Source: Podarcis melisellensis
Lineage: Eukaryota
Direction: 5' to 3' (one strand)
DNA: 64,000 nt
Assembly: GCA_964234715.1 (NCBI GenBank)
Contig: OZ174279.1
Below the pieces are notes generated by a model. That model made no database searches. It saw only the letters and a list, made by a program, of their open reading frames with translations, and was not told the DNA's origin. Made by a program: the position numbers and the translations under genes. Below, in pieces: positions 11,394 to 24,904 of this stretch (position 1 is the stretch's first letter; every line of letters starts with the position of its first letter).

Positions 11394-14106
11394 GTAACTG
11401 CATGGGGAGACTGCGATGGGGGGAAAGGACCTGGGCTAAGAGATTGTTTGGGAGGCAATGTCTCTCTTACAGAACCCCACACTCATCCTGCCCATTAGAC
11501 CTTGCCTCCTAGCGTAAGAGGCTCAGGCATACAGCCAACTAGGCACTGGATAAGGGTAGGAGCCCATTAGACCTTGCCTCCTAGGGTAAGAGGTTCAGAC
11601 ATGCATCCAGCTCTGCTCTCACTGCTCCTGGCTCAGGTTATCGTTCAAAGCTCTGCTAGTATTGCAAAGTGTGCAAGAGACTGCCAGTCTATCAGGGCAT
11701 AGTCCAGAAGGGTGGATGGCGCACAAAGCATGTAGGCTAGGCCCAGAATTGGAGTTTGTCCCCATGTTCATTGCTTTTCCAAGCCCTTTCCTGAACTGAT
11801 AGTGGGAAGTGGCTTCAAGCTGAAAATCATCTCTTCTTTCTCTTCATGTCCCAAGACCAGGCAGTTTTTCATTACGTTTGCTGTGAGACATTATACAGTA
11901 CTTGAGGCTCTGAGAAAATATCCTGTCACAGTTGCGAAATGAGAGTCGTAAGTTGCTTTCTCAACACTCACAATATATGTGGTGTTTATCCCCCTCCTTT
12001 TGTGAAGTTTACATAATTTCCCATTTCATTATGTTGAAATAGCACACTGCAACAATGAGCTTGATGCATATGTTGATCTTTTGATTCTTCCTGCCAGCTT
12101 GAATGCTGCTATATGGCAGGGACAGGGAACCCGTGGTCCTAAATTACAACTCCCATCATCTCTACCCATTGGCTCTGCTGAGTAGGGGCTGATGGGAGAT
12201 GGAGTCCGATAACGCCTGAAGGGCCACAGGTTCCCCACCCTGCTCTATATGGGGCTTTCCTTGTGCTTGAGATACCACCTCCAAAAGTCTATTTTCATAA
12301 GAAGCATCTTTACAAAATCAGCAGCAACATCCCAACACAGGGCAAACCATCCATCTGACCATTTGCCCTGTATCTGTTCCCTTGCAGAGGCACAGCCTTC
12401 TACACAGCATACTCCCAGCGGGACAGCTTCCTATCAGTCTCTAGGACAGCCTCTGCTGAAGATTTCAAATCTGTAAAAATATTCCTTAATTGGATTAAAC
12501 CAGGTTACAGTCATGGGAATAGTGTGGGTCCTGAAAACACACTGCTAGAACCCTAATTTGGGGGGTCAGAAGCAGGTTACAGGGCTTAAAGGATGGAATG
12601 GAAGAGCAAGTGCAGCAAACACACATATCTACCTATGTGTGATCAATAGCAAATTCTTTAGCTCAGCAACCACTGGGAGGCAGTGTCCAATTGAACAGAG
12701 AACATCCAAAGAGATGTATAGCATAGGACACTTGGTAAGATTGGAAACAGGAGCCAGAATCCATGACTTCTCTATAGCTTATCCTACTAGTCAGTGGAAT
12801 AGGGCACCTTACAATCCCCCACTTTAAGTGCATGTGGCAACTTTGTTTTGTGCACATTGGGTGAGGTGAAGAGCATCTCCCAAAATTCATGGTCACATAT
12901 TTCAACACTCCTCTCCTAGTTTGATGAGCAACATTTTTCATGGATGAGTTTCCACCAGGCTCATTTTGAATTCAGGAGTATCCTTGGAGGCACAGTATAT
13001 TATTTCACTCCCCAAACAAGTGGGAAATTCAGAGGAGCCTTTGCAGGATCATTTTCCTAGGAGGATCGCTGCTTGGAGAAGTGAGCAGCAGAGATTTATG
13101 GTGCGGCTGTGAAAATCTGTTTATTTACAAATGAACAGGCAGGGAACCAGGAGTAGCACAAATATTGCCTGTTAGCACAGACCTTGGAATCCAAAGTCTA
13201 GCAAGCTCCAAGCACACTTCCTGCTTCTTCCTAGTCATCACTTCCAGCATCTAACTTAACATTGAAAAATTGCCCTCCTAAACAACCCTGTCTCTGATCT
13301 CCAAGGAAGTCCTATGGGCTTGACTCTCAAAACTGTAGGACAGCTGGCGGGGGTGGGAGACCCTGGAAGAGGGATACAAAGTCTAAAACAGCAATAGAGC
13401 CTAAGGCAGGCATTTTAAGAGCTTTACTGAATTGCTGGTTTTATGGTTAATTTTCACAATTTTATCATTTTACAGTTTCACAACACACTGGTTAGACATT
13501 ACAGGGCTAAGCGATAACTTTTTGAAATGAAAAGGTAGAATACCCTGAGTGATGGCACCCCCAAAGATTGATCATCCATACCAGATCTGGGATGCTAAGG
13601 AACACCTACCAACTTGTTATAATGACATTTCTCTGTGTGCGGCTTCAGGAGGGCACCAGAGATGTCCTATTCTCTTCCTTGTTTCATGCCAGTATTAAAT
13701 TAGTGACCCAACTTACAGACTCTCCTATTTGAGCAAGGATCTCAACATGCTCACCTATAGAGCAGATGGCTGGGTTGTGCGTCCTATAAAGTTAGGGGCA
13801 AGTTTGAAAAGGCTAAAGAAACAATGTCTTCATGCAAATGTCAAGTCACACTCACCTTTCATACTTTTAGTTTTTTGTAGCATATATATATATATATGCT
13901 GGGGTAACTGTAGGCAAAGGATGTCAGAAGTCTTGTACTTTTAATGTTGGTATAAAGCTGGGAGCCTCATAAGGGTCAGCTTCACACATTAAATACCTTG
14001 TAAATACCCTTGTCTCCTTATTCCTTCTCTCTGCTTTTCTTTCTTCTTCTCTGAAAAGAGGCAGGGTGGTGCTACATCTCATTTAACCACCCTAGGACAC
14101 AGAATA

Positions 14107-14451
14107 GGGACGCGGGTGGCACTGTGGGTTAAACCACAGAGCCTAGGACTTGCCAATCAGAAGGTCGGAGGTTCAAATCCCCGCGACGGGGTGAGCTCCC
14201 GTTGCTCAGTCCCCACTTCTGCCAACCTAGCAGTTCCAAATCACGTCAAAGTACAAGTAGATAAATAGGTACCGCTCTGGCGGGAAGGTAAACGGCATTT
14301 CCATGCGCTGCTCTGGTTTGCCTGAAGCCGCTTAGTCCTGCTGGCCACATGACTGGAAGCTGTACACCGGCTCCCTCGGCCAATAAAGCGAGATGAGCAC
14401 CGCAACCCCAGAGTCAGTCACAACTGGACCTAATGTTCAGAGGTCCCTTTA
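14107..14451 (+). mobile_element. Full-length Sauria SINE with 14-bp TSD
   Basis: tRNA-like head gggacgcgggtggcactgtgggttaaacc...ggttcaaatcccc, tail ccctttacc; CCTAGGACACAGAA at 14091-14104 vs CCTAGGACCCAGAA at 14452-14465. Confidence 0.9.
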
Positions 14452-14660
14452 CCTAGGACCCAGAAGTGGGTCCCACCATGTCCTCACGCATTCCACCAGG
14501 ATAGATAGCCAAAACAGGCTCCATAGCTTCCCATGGAGCATTTCATCTGCCTGGATTAATAGTAAGCATTCCCCTCAATACATAGCTATAAGTCCAAGGA
14601 GAAGGCTGGTCCTAAGCTTCATTCATCACTGCTGTAGTCACGACATGACCATTCTTAGCC

Positions 14661-14997
14661 CAGGGGATCCCCAACTGTGGCTCATGGATCATCAGAGGCC
14701 CCCAAGATTCATTCAGGTGATCCATGGCATGTTCATATTAAACGCTCACAGCAATTTTTAATTTTATTTTTTATTGCTTCTTTTATTTATTGTCTTGAAA
14801 GTTGTTATTATTCCATAGAATTCAAATTGTAGCACAAGATATAAAAAATAAGCAATACAAAATACTATACAAAACCATGCAGCGTATAGCCCAGCACATT
14901 ACAATTGTTACAACAAGCAGAAAAATCATTAACTGGTCCGCCAAGACCCTCAGCAATTTTCAAGTGGTCCATGGGGAGAAACGTTTGAGCATCACTG
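14661..14997. mobile_element. hAT-type non-autonomous element
   Basis: Termini caggggatccccaact / cgtttgagcatcactg; flanks TCTTAGCC and GCTTAGCC (7/8 TSD). Confidence 0.7.
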
Positions 14998-15583
14998 GCT
15001 TAGCCTACACTTCAGGCTATTCCCTCCAGTCAGCCCAGACCACCAGAATGTCGTTTTGCCCTTGACTGACAGGTTCGTGACATACAACACAGAGCCTTGG
15101 TTTCCCTCATCCTCTCCCATCAAATATCTCCTTTGATTTATATCATTTTAACCCTCAGGCACGCACTTTTAGGGGGCGGGAAGATAGTAAAATTAAATGG
15201 AATGTTATTTAACTGGGGCAAGGATAGGGGTTTGCATAATGGGGGAAATTAAGAGGTGGATAAAGAATCAGTTAAACGAGAAACAAATATTCCCCCCTAA
15301 AAAAAAAAAAAGAAGCCTTATCCAGCTGTTCAAAAGGCTTTCCAATAAGGATTACGGGCTTCCTGTTTGGGTGAGCCAAACTCCCAAACCTTCTGTTAGT
15401 TCAAGATACTTCATGACAGGCCAAAGAAAGTTCGTGACGAGGCAGATGATCTGGGATTGAGAATAATCATTATTAGATGTGGGCTGCCCATGAGAATACA
15501 GCCAGGAAGTTGCAGGGCCAGAGCTGTGAGCAATGTCCCAAACATTTTGGCAGGTGAGGACTCACTCTTTTTCCATCTTGCAG

Positions 15584-15661
15584 TGTCAAAGATCTGCACC
15601 CAATGCGAGATGGAGCACAAGGCAGATGGCATCATGGAGCAGATGTGTTCCAGTGACTTTG
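15584..15661 (+). CDS. SFRP5: SFRP5 coding exon 2 (start of NTR domain)
   Basis: ttccatcttgcag| (V)SKICTQCEMEHKADGIMEQMCSSDF G|gtgagt; 78 nt, phase 1-1. Confidence 0.96.
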
Positions 15662-15924
15662 GTGAGTCATCCGTTCAAAGCGGCAGGGATTGGGGAGTCT
15701 CCACTTGGGGCATCTGAGAGTGAAGCTGAAGCTCCGCAGAACAACTGTTGAGAATGTGTTGCAAATTCTTTACTTGCATTCCCCTATCTTCTACAACTTG
15801 CTGGGATTCAAGGTTCCCTTTGAACCCCAGCTTTTGCCGTCAGACCTCCAACAACTTCCAGCTTGTTTCTGGCCCAAAGCAAGGTACTGTTTTCGACCTA
15901 GAAAGCTTTACAACTCCACTCCAT

Positions 15925-16367
15925 TGCTTAGGAAAGAGCTTGTATTTTGCTGGCAGAAGGTCCCAGCATTCCAGGTGGAATGGGAAAAACCACTGTCCAA
16001 AGCTGTGCAGAGTCACTATCTACCACTGTCAATCAGGAGTGGCTAAGGCCCGTGTTGCTCCAGATATTGTTGGACTCCATCATCCCTGATAACTAACCAA
16101 GCAGTGGCGTAGCGTGGGGGTGCAGGGGGGGGCCAGCCGCACCGGGCGCAACATCTGGGGGTTAGGGTTAGGGGGCGCAAATCCACAGGTTAGGGGGCAC
16201 AAATTACTTGCCTTGCCCTGGGTGCTGACAACCCATGCTACGCCACTGTAACCAAGGCTGGTGAGAGTTTGAGTCCAACATCGGAAGGGCCATGTGGTTA
16301 GTCACCCCTGGTGTGTAGACAATATTGAACTGTTAGTATGAATCAGTGAAAGGCAGCTTCTTATGTT
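15925..16367 (+). mobile_element. Degenerate Squam3-like SINE split by two nested MITEs
   Basis: cagaaggtcccag... head half and gtgtagacaatattga...aggcagcttcttatgtt tail half flank the insertion at 16034-16310. Confidence 0.6.
16102..16248. mobile_element. hAT (Tip100-like) MITE with perfect 8-bp TSD and internal TTAGGG units
   Basis: TIRs CAGTGGCGTAGC / GCTACGCCACTG; TAACCAAG at 16094-16101 and 16249-16256. Confidence 0.88.
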
Positions 16368-17042
16368 TTGGAGCAGACTGAGTCCAAGGTATCTGAAGAA
16401 CCACTCTCTGAACCTGCATGCTATGCAAGACCCTTTGAATATTTCCACACCTGGAAATTAGGGAAGAGGCCCTTTTTGGTGGAAAGACCCCGGATGTGGA
16501 TTGCCTCCCCACGTAGATTAGCTTGGCACAAACAATATCTTTTAGACGGTAGGCCTGTGATTAGAGTGTTGAACTAGGACCCCCAAACATCTATTTAATT
16601 GTGCAATCTTGATTTGTTCTCATTACATTATTCGGGTGGTTATGGTGGATCCCACTTTCAATAATGCCTGTGCATACGAAGGTTTTAAGGCACCTATGGT
16701 CAAGGGTCCCTTTACCTTTACCTTTTTACAGTTTACTTGCCAATCCATGAATGTCCTGTAGCTTCCTGCTGAGCTCCTGTAACTTTCCATGCTGCAAATG
16801 TTCAAATGTTGGTTGGTTTGTTTTGCACTATAGTGCAAGGTATCCCTGCAGATGGCAATAATGTGGTAATATCGGGGAAGCATTGCAGAACCATTAGTAA
16901 AGCAGAACGATATGTGAGTGGTCCGGTCTAAACCCACAATTAATGCACTATTATTGTGCGAATGACATGTTGCAGAAATATATAAATAAAAGTTAAGACC
17001 AGCATTCTGGAGGCACGGCTCCAGATCTGAAGAAACCAAGAC

Positions 17043-17132
17043 CATAGCTGTCAGCTTTTCCCTTTTCTTGCGAGGAATCCTATTCGGAATAAGGGAATTT
17101 CCCTTTTAAAAAGGGAAACGTTGACAGCTATG
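17043..17132. mobile_element. 90-bp hAT-type MITE
   Basis: TIRs CATAGCTGTCA / TGACAGCTATG; flanks ACCAAGAC and ACCAAGAT (7/8 TSD). Confidence 0.8.
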
Positions 17133-19423
17133 ACCAAGATACAAATCCCCACTTGGCCACAGAACTCACTGGGTGACCTTAGCCTAGTCCAACTAACTTT
17201 ATAGGGTTATTGTGAGGGCAGGAGGTTGGGGGGAGGGAGAGAGACATACACATGGACTTGTTTTCCTAGTAGGAAACAAGGATAAACATGCAAAATAAGC
17301 AAAGAAAGCATGTCAGGCCTGCTTGTCTGTTTGCTTAAGCTATTAACTACTTGTAACTATTTCATCAGTATTATTTCTGCTGGTGTTTTTTATATCATTT
17401 TTTTAATCTATGTTAATTTGGGCTTAATTAGGCTTAACACCATGCAGAATTCGTTCATTGCCCTGAAGACTGTTTATACTGGAAAATACAACATACACAT
17501 TTTTAAAACAAATCATCATAAAAATAAAACGTGATGTGCCTCATTCCAGAAGAAAGGAGGCCGGCCTGCTACTTCAGATGATAATCCCAGAAAAACAGTT
17601 AAACACTGAAAATAGGAGGCAAGGATCAGAGAGTTTTGTCAGATCTGTCTCCCAGCAACTCCCCTTTGAGGCATCCATCTCTTTGATGAACTCTTGGCTT
17701 CAACAGCGATGTTCCCAGTTGACCATGGCAAAGAGGGTTCAGGCTGACACAGTGTGGTTTAAAAAAAAAAAAGTTAAAACAAAGCAGTGCAGTATCCACC
17801 CAGCAGCTCTTTTTGCTTCAGTTTCAGCATGACCAGCAAGACAGTTTATACTGGTGCTAACAAGATATACACAGGAGAGACCCATCCAGAAAGTGGTCGG
17901 AAATCAACACCTTTACCTTCTTTCCTTGACACACGTCATACAAGCTGGTTCCAGGGTAGAACACCACTTTTTCTCAACATACAAGACCAGGCAATTTGGA
18001 TCATCAGCTGTTGATTATGCATCTTGGGCATGATGTGTGGGAGGCCCAGAACCACTTCACATGAGATATTTCCTCTACATATGATATGGCTCCCAGCCAT
18101 CTATAGGATCCTCTTCATATAGAAAATCAGTGCATGGATACAATCACAGTGATTTTCACAATTATGCAGCGGCTGCAAAGTCCTGCTGTAGTCAACAAAA
18201 TTGATCCTTGAGGTAACTAACCCTGTACTTCCAAAAACAAAGCTATTAAGATATACTGCATTTTCCATACTTTTATGAAGCCGACCTACTTGCTATTGGA
18301 AATGCATTATTGGCACTATATGTATACACGCATGTGATGAGAACAGAATTTCACCTTATCCTAAACACACAGATTAAAAACAAGGATGCAAAAAAAAAAC
18401 CCCCTAAAAGCTTATAAAATAACACCAACCAATTCATAGCAATCCAAGACATATGGTTAGATTTTTATTTATTTTTAAATGGTATTTAGAACTCCTGCAT
18501 AAAGAACTTCTGTACAAGAATATGTCACTGCATCTGACCAAGTTGAGAAGCATCTGGGATTCAAGGGGGTCACAGAACTTCACTGAATAATATTGATTAT
18601 ATTTTATTGATTGCACTGAGTTTCCCCATGTTTTTCTACATGTTGTTGCCATATGACTCTTACTACAATCGTGGATTCAGCCATCTGAAGTTTTTTAATT
18701 GCATAGGTTCTGTGCAAGGTTGTGCTTCCTAAGCTTTTAGATTGTTGTAACCTTGTTTTCAAATCATTTATAAGGTCAAATTCTATTATTACCACAGGCT
18801 TGCATAAATATTGCAAATGCGTTTTTTGGCCCTATAGTTATTACGTTGACATTATAGAAAGGTGGAAAATACACTACTGTGTATTGTTTATTTATAGCTT
18901 TTTTAACCTTGATTTTTGTGTTGTTTATTTCTGGCATGCAGTCAGAGATATTTTCTTTCATTTCTGGTTTTTGTAGGAGTAGGCTGGAGCATGCTTCGCT
19001 CCACTCCTGGACTAAGGACAAAAACCTGGACGACTTGCACCTGTTGAGGAACTTTTCTCCAATGAACCTGTGATTGGTTTAAAAGCTTAATAGATGGTGG
19101 CTTATCTTTTTGTCAAATACAAATCTATCATTTACAAACAAATATACTCAATAGGAAATTGAAGAGGAATTCCATGACCTCTCATTCAGTCAGAGGAGAC
19201 AAAGCAGATCCTGACAGTCTGTGTGACCCCACTCTATTACCTACTCCTCATCTCCCCTTGGTGACTTTTTTTAAACAGGGCCAAATACGTAGCTGTCAAA
19301 CAAGTCAGTCCTCCTAATCCCTGTCCTTATGAACTCACACCCCCTCTTCTTGTTCCTTCACTTTGACTTCACCCAACTGCCTGAAAGCTCCTAACACAAT
19401 CTGCTTCCCATTTACCCCTACAG

Positions 19424-19767
19424 TGGTGAAGATGCGCATCAAGGAGATCAAGAAAGAGAATGGGGAGAGGCGATTGGTGGCTGCGCAGAAGAAGAAAAAG
19501 CTCCTCAAAGTGGGGCCGTTGAAGCGCAAGGACACCAAGAAGCTGGTGCTGCACATGAAGAACGCAGGTGCCTGCCCCTGCCCCCAGCTTGATGACCTCA
19601 GTGGCAGCTTTCTGGTGATGGGGCGAAAGGTGGGTGGGCGGTTGCTAGTCTTGGCCATTTACCGCTGGGAGAAGAAGAATAAGGAGATGAAATTTGCTGT
19701 CAAATTCATGTTCTCCTACCCTTGTTCCATGCACTACCCCTTCTTCTATGGGGCAGACCCCCACTGA
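19424..19767 (+). CDS. SFRP5: SFRP5 coding exon 3 (NTR domain to stop)
   Basis: cccctacag| (V)VKMRIKEIKKENGERRLVAAQKKKKLLK...CPCPQLD...FLVMGRKVGGRLLVLAIYRWEKKNKEMKFAVKFMFSYPC...*; spliced CDS 526+78+344=948 nt, 315 aa. Confidence 0.97.
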
Positions 19768-22700
19768 ATCGCCACTCATTCCAAGAACCCTGCTCACTCT
19801 TCTTCACAGCACTCCCCACACTTTTTGGTTCCCCACTCGTAGTCCACAGAATACCCTTTTTTACATGGGCTGACCTACACAAAGCCACATACTGTTGGGA
19901 GCCCATCCTTGCAACAGGACTCTTTCTTCTAAAGCACAAACTCCATTAGGACCAGCTCCGTTAAGTTCCAGATCAGAGTTCTGCCCATCTTGGAAGCTTT
20001 GGAGAACATGCAGAAATCCACCTCATTCCCAACACACCTTCACTAGAAGAATAAGTCTTAGCACCTGCAAGCAAACATCTCTTATCAATCCCAGTACACC
20101 CAAGCTCCAATAGAGGCTGAATCACACAGAATTTTAGTTGCAACCTTTAGTGGAACATTTAAGGAAAATCCCAGTCCATTCTTAATTCCTACTAGTGAGA
20201 AGCCAAAGATTTTGAAACATTATGAGCAGGGCAACCAATGCTTTCCAATCGCAACCTTTCATTTTCATAGTGCATTGAACTACTTAGTTACAGGGATGGG
20301 AAACCTGCGGCCCACTAGATATTGTCAGACTCCAAATCCCACATTCCCAGCTAGCAAACCTAATGGGCAGGGATATTGAGTGCTGTGGTCCAGCAACATC
20401 TGGATAGTCTAACATCCCCATCCCATCTCTGACTTAGTAGGAGTTGGCCAGGCGCAGTATGAAGCTCTAAACATCTCAGACTGCCAGACACCAGATGCGT
20501 TGTACAAGCTACAATGTCCCAACTAATACTTCATTGGACTGACAATCCCCAGTTCTGGCCTCCTCTCCTAGGTTCTGCATAGCATCTTCTCAAGCCATGT
20601 AGAACCTTAAGCAGACACTAAGCAAGGCCTCCCTAGAAGCCTCCCCCAATTTCCAGCTCGCATAACCATTGGCTACTACTCTGACTGGGGCTGATGAGAG
20701 TTGTTGTCCTGGTTGCTGGTCTGTTATATGATTGTGATGCTTGAAGGCGGATGACACCTCTCAACTAAAAAGTCCAGGTCTTCCGTCATGACATGGTCAT
20801 TATTGCATCAACATCTTTTGAGGCACAGATCTGTACAGCACCCTTAAACATCGTGGGGCAGATCCACCCCATAGATTTTGAACACATTCAACACACATCT
20901 AAAGCACATGACTTCCTCCCCTCCCCCAAATTAATAATCCTGGTCATGTGCTTTAAACGTGCACTGAATGTGCTTTGAATGTATGGTGGGGATCTGCGTG
21001 GGGCAATACCAAGCGAGGTATGAGGCAGTGACTTGGAACTGTTCCTAACACAAACACTCTGCCTGAGGCCTTCATGGTCCCTTACAGAGTAATAGACATC
21101 AAGTGGTCTATAGGTTGAATTATTCAAGACCATTTGTAATTGGGGGTGGACAAACCACTTTGCTATATGAAACTGTTTATGTGAAGTTTCACTGAAAAAT
21201 ATGCCCATAACCAATTCCGCCTCCTTCCCCTCTCCATGTTTACTTACCTATGGGCCTGTAGAAATATCATGACTATACCAAGTAGGTTAGTGCGCCAACC
21301 CCAGAGGAGCACATCAGACCTGTGCATGCACCAGTGAGGAACCAAACCACCAACTGGGCCTGCCGGGTGGCTGTGTCCACCACACAGGATGCCAGACCAC
21401 CAACTGAGCCTGCCCGACAGATGGCAAACACAGGACGAATGTGTCTCCCTGGGGCCCTTCCATTTGGCAGTTTTCCAGACTCCTGAATGGTCAAGACCAG
21501 CTGGCAAGTTAATCCTGGAGTGAATATTTATAGCATCAGCACTGCCAGTTTCACCGCTCCCCACACCAGCTGTGGGGGAGTGGGGGCTGCCCAACACAAA
21601 GCAAGCTGTAGGAATTGAGTCTGGCTCCCACACACAGAGGAGTTTTTCACTGGCGCTCATTCCTAGCCAAAGTTTGCTGAGGAAGAGAGGGTGGTAGCTG
21701 AGGAGCTCTTGAAAGAACCTCTCTTCCACTCAGGGAATCCTCCACCCTCAGATTTTCCAGATGAGCTGCTTTGCAAATCATACAGCATGTCACACACACA
21801 ACTTACTATTGACTTCATGGTTTTGGGCCACAACTGCGTGTCATGACTCACTTTTCCCTGCACACTACTGAGAGGATGTTGTTGAAGATTCAACCACCAG
21901 TTCGATCGGTTTCTGTACACTGAAGTGGTGGTGGTCGGGTGTTGCCATCTTGTCCTTTGCCTCAAACCGCTAAGTGTCTTTGGCTAGCCTTGCCTTTTGT
22001 CATGGCAAACTTGCCATCCCAATAGAGGATGCTGAGGCAAAACAACTGGGCTGGTAACTTCTCACACACTGTCCCCTCAAAAATGTGAGCTATTTTGTTC
22101 CCCCTAGGACTTCAATCCCCTTCAGATTGTGAACTGGGATATATTTACAAGCTAGGCCATTCCCCACTGTTCTTACATTTTGATTTATATGGCCTGCACA
22201 TCACTTGGACACTGACAGGTTCTCATGGCACCTGACAGCTTCAGAGCCATCATTGCTTGACTTCAGGGGAAGAATGCAAACACCGCTAGCTCCATAAATA
22301 CCCTTCTGTGACTTACAAAATGAACACTTTCCACTTCTTTGAATCAGATCATAGAGAGGGATTAACAGTGCATTTACTTTTGTCCAAGAATTCCATGCTA
22401 CATCCAGTTAGTAAATTAGGTAGAAAATAAAGTGCCCACCTGATCAACATTCACATGGGACTAGTCCTCAAGGCCTTAGCAACCTGAAACATTTACTAAC
22501 CCAGGTCCACTGAGTAGGAGCATCCCTAGCTTGGGGTTGCTTTTGTTCACGGAGCAGCCTTTTATTAAAAATACCATACCTGGGGATGCAGTCATCTGCA
22601 TTCAATTTTCTTCACTGAAAATGCCATTTTAAGCTATTAAATTTGGTCCATTTTTTAAAAAAACAACAGGTGTTCCATCTTCTATCCTGTCCAATATTCA

Positions 22701-24904
22701 CTCTAATAAATCCCATAGAACTTTTCCTGATCACCATCTTGCCCTGCTTGGTTTTGCCACCATTTAGCTGAAATTTTCATTGACCTTTGTTTCATCTTGG
22801 GGACATGCATGCAGAACTTAAGACAACTCTTGCTCTTGCTGTGTTCTCTATCATTCAGGATTTTTTCATTATTTTTATTAATTCCAAGTCTTTCATTTAA
22901 AAAGTGTTCCAGCTTCATTATATGAGGTGCTTTTTAAAAAATAATAATAAATGAATCTTTCACAAAATGAAGCTGGAGCACTCATGTTGTGGCATCTGCA
23001 TAGCATTTCCAGCTCAGCCAAGTATTCATAAAATATTTATTTTCTACTTATGGCAGATCCAAATTCAAAATTAATTCCCATTGATATCATAACTAACTTG
23101 CCCCATTGATTTCAGTGGGAACTAGGTCTGGCGTAGCCTCAATGTTTTGAGTCATATGCTGTATTCATGCTGCATTTATTTCATGTCAAGGTCATCAGGG
23201 ACACTGAATTCTGGCACCATTGTTGTGTTTAGAGTACTGCCATTATCATTCTGGTAACGGCAGGCTTTAATCATGAATGTAGCACTCCATTTTCAGTTCC
23301 CCTAATCAACAGATAATCAATGAGAAAGCTAAGCAAGTTCTTCTGCCTCAAATTTACTTGCAAAAGCCAACTTATACATTCCACTCATTTGCCTTTTATC
23401 TCAACATTATTATTTATGGATACTTGTGGATTTTTTAAAAAGGCACTGGGTTTATCAAATTAATATTAATTTTTTTCAGAAGCATCCTTCATAATTTAAT
23501 TTGAAACGACACTTCTTTTTTGATGCAGAAATACTAATAAGCCACAGGAAATTACCTGCAACTTTAGCGTCTGATTTCATTGCAGCACTAAACTCCCTTC
23601 TTCACTTCCCTCACTGCCATGTCCATACAGGCCCTGTTCAGAGTTCCCCCACAGCAGCACAGTGGTTCTTGGGTCTAGCTTGCAGCACTGCCACTTCCTT
23701 ACATCTGCGACCACACGGCAATAAATAGAACAAAAGCTTTTGCATTATCTTAGTGGGAGAGTCTGCCAAGATCTCTCAATATACCGGAAGCTGCATATTG
23801 AGCCACAGCCGCTGAACTCTTTATCATATGCTCAATTCTGTATGAAACCCGCCATCCAGCGAAGCTTAAAATGTCACACTGCGCTAACAGTACAGGAAAT
23901 TTTAAGAAATACTGTTTATTGAGTGAGTATTGGGAGTACCATCTCCACAATGTGGTATTTTGGACCCGAGTTGGTTTTTTTGTACTGCTTAAAGAACTAT
24001 TTCAGCTGTTTTTACTGTGTGTCTGTGAGCTGCCTTGAGATACATGTAACAAGCAATTTATAAATACAGCTGCACCAGGTAGGCTAATTGCTCCTGAAGA
24101 ATCATCCTGCTCATGAGTGTTTACCAACCGGCTGAAGACCAAGTTCACCAGTTGCAGGAGGGTGGCTTCTCAGTTGTGCAAGAGCCAACGAGCTGCTAGC
24201 ATCCTGCCATGTGACGCTTTGTCCTCTTGCACATTTCCAACCTTATGACGGGGAGGTGGCAGCCACATGCTATGACCAGGTAACATGGAGGACCAGCTCT
24301 CCATGTGGTTGCACTTTGTAACTCTACATGGAGCCGCCATACCAAAATATAAAATAAAACAAGTCATCCCAATCCGTGTTATACCTGTGTAAAATGTCGC
24401 CGAGATCTGGCCTTTGGGAGTAAGCTATAGAATCTCCAGCCTTGCTGTAAGTACCAGAAGGGAACTGAGGAGGATGCGATTCTAAACACAGGGAACATTG
24501 TGTGAACTTTAGCTAACAAGGCAGCCTTGTTCTTTCTTTCTATAATCCTTTCTCCTCATTGTACCCGTGACAGAACCTGACCTTTTCCCTAAGGTTATTT
24601 CCAAGAGCAGCGACTGTGTTCGTTTGCCAAGGATGGTTTATTTCATACTAGAATTCAAATAAATCATCAGTGACATTTCAGCCCCCGATTCAAGCACCAG
24701 CAAGCTGTGACACGGCACTGAGGAGTCTGACCATGCTTTTTCCTGCTAAGATGGTTGAGGGGAAAGCAGAGGCTACACCACAACTCAATATTCAAAACCA
24801 TCTGCAAGAGAATGTTGTTTTAACCTCCTTATTACCTGAAAGAAGCACCATAGTTCCCTACAGGTTCTCTACTTACACATAAAACCAACCAGCAAGCAGT
24901 ACAG

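Noticed and set aside
11394-11512. C-terminal extension of ORF 10868-11512 (GNCMGRLRW...)
   Set aside because: Intron read-through after the canonical donor at 11394; the spliced frame continues at 15584.
15551-15559. CAG|GTGAGG donor-like site 30 nt upstream of SFRP5 exon 2
   Set aside because: The resulting intron would be too short; it overlaps the likely branch-point region and there is no supported upstream exon.
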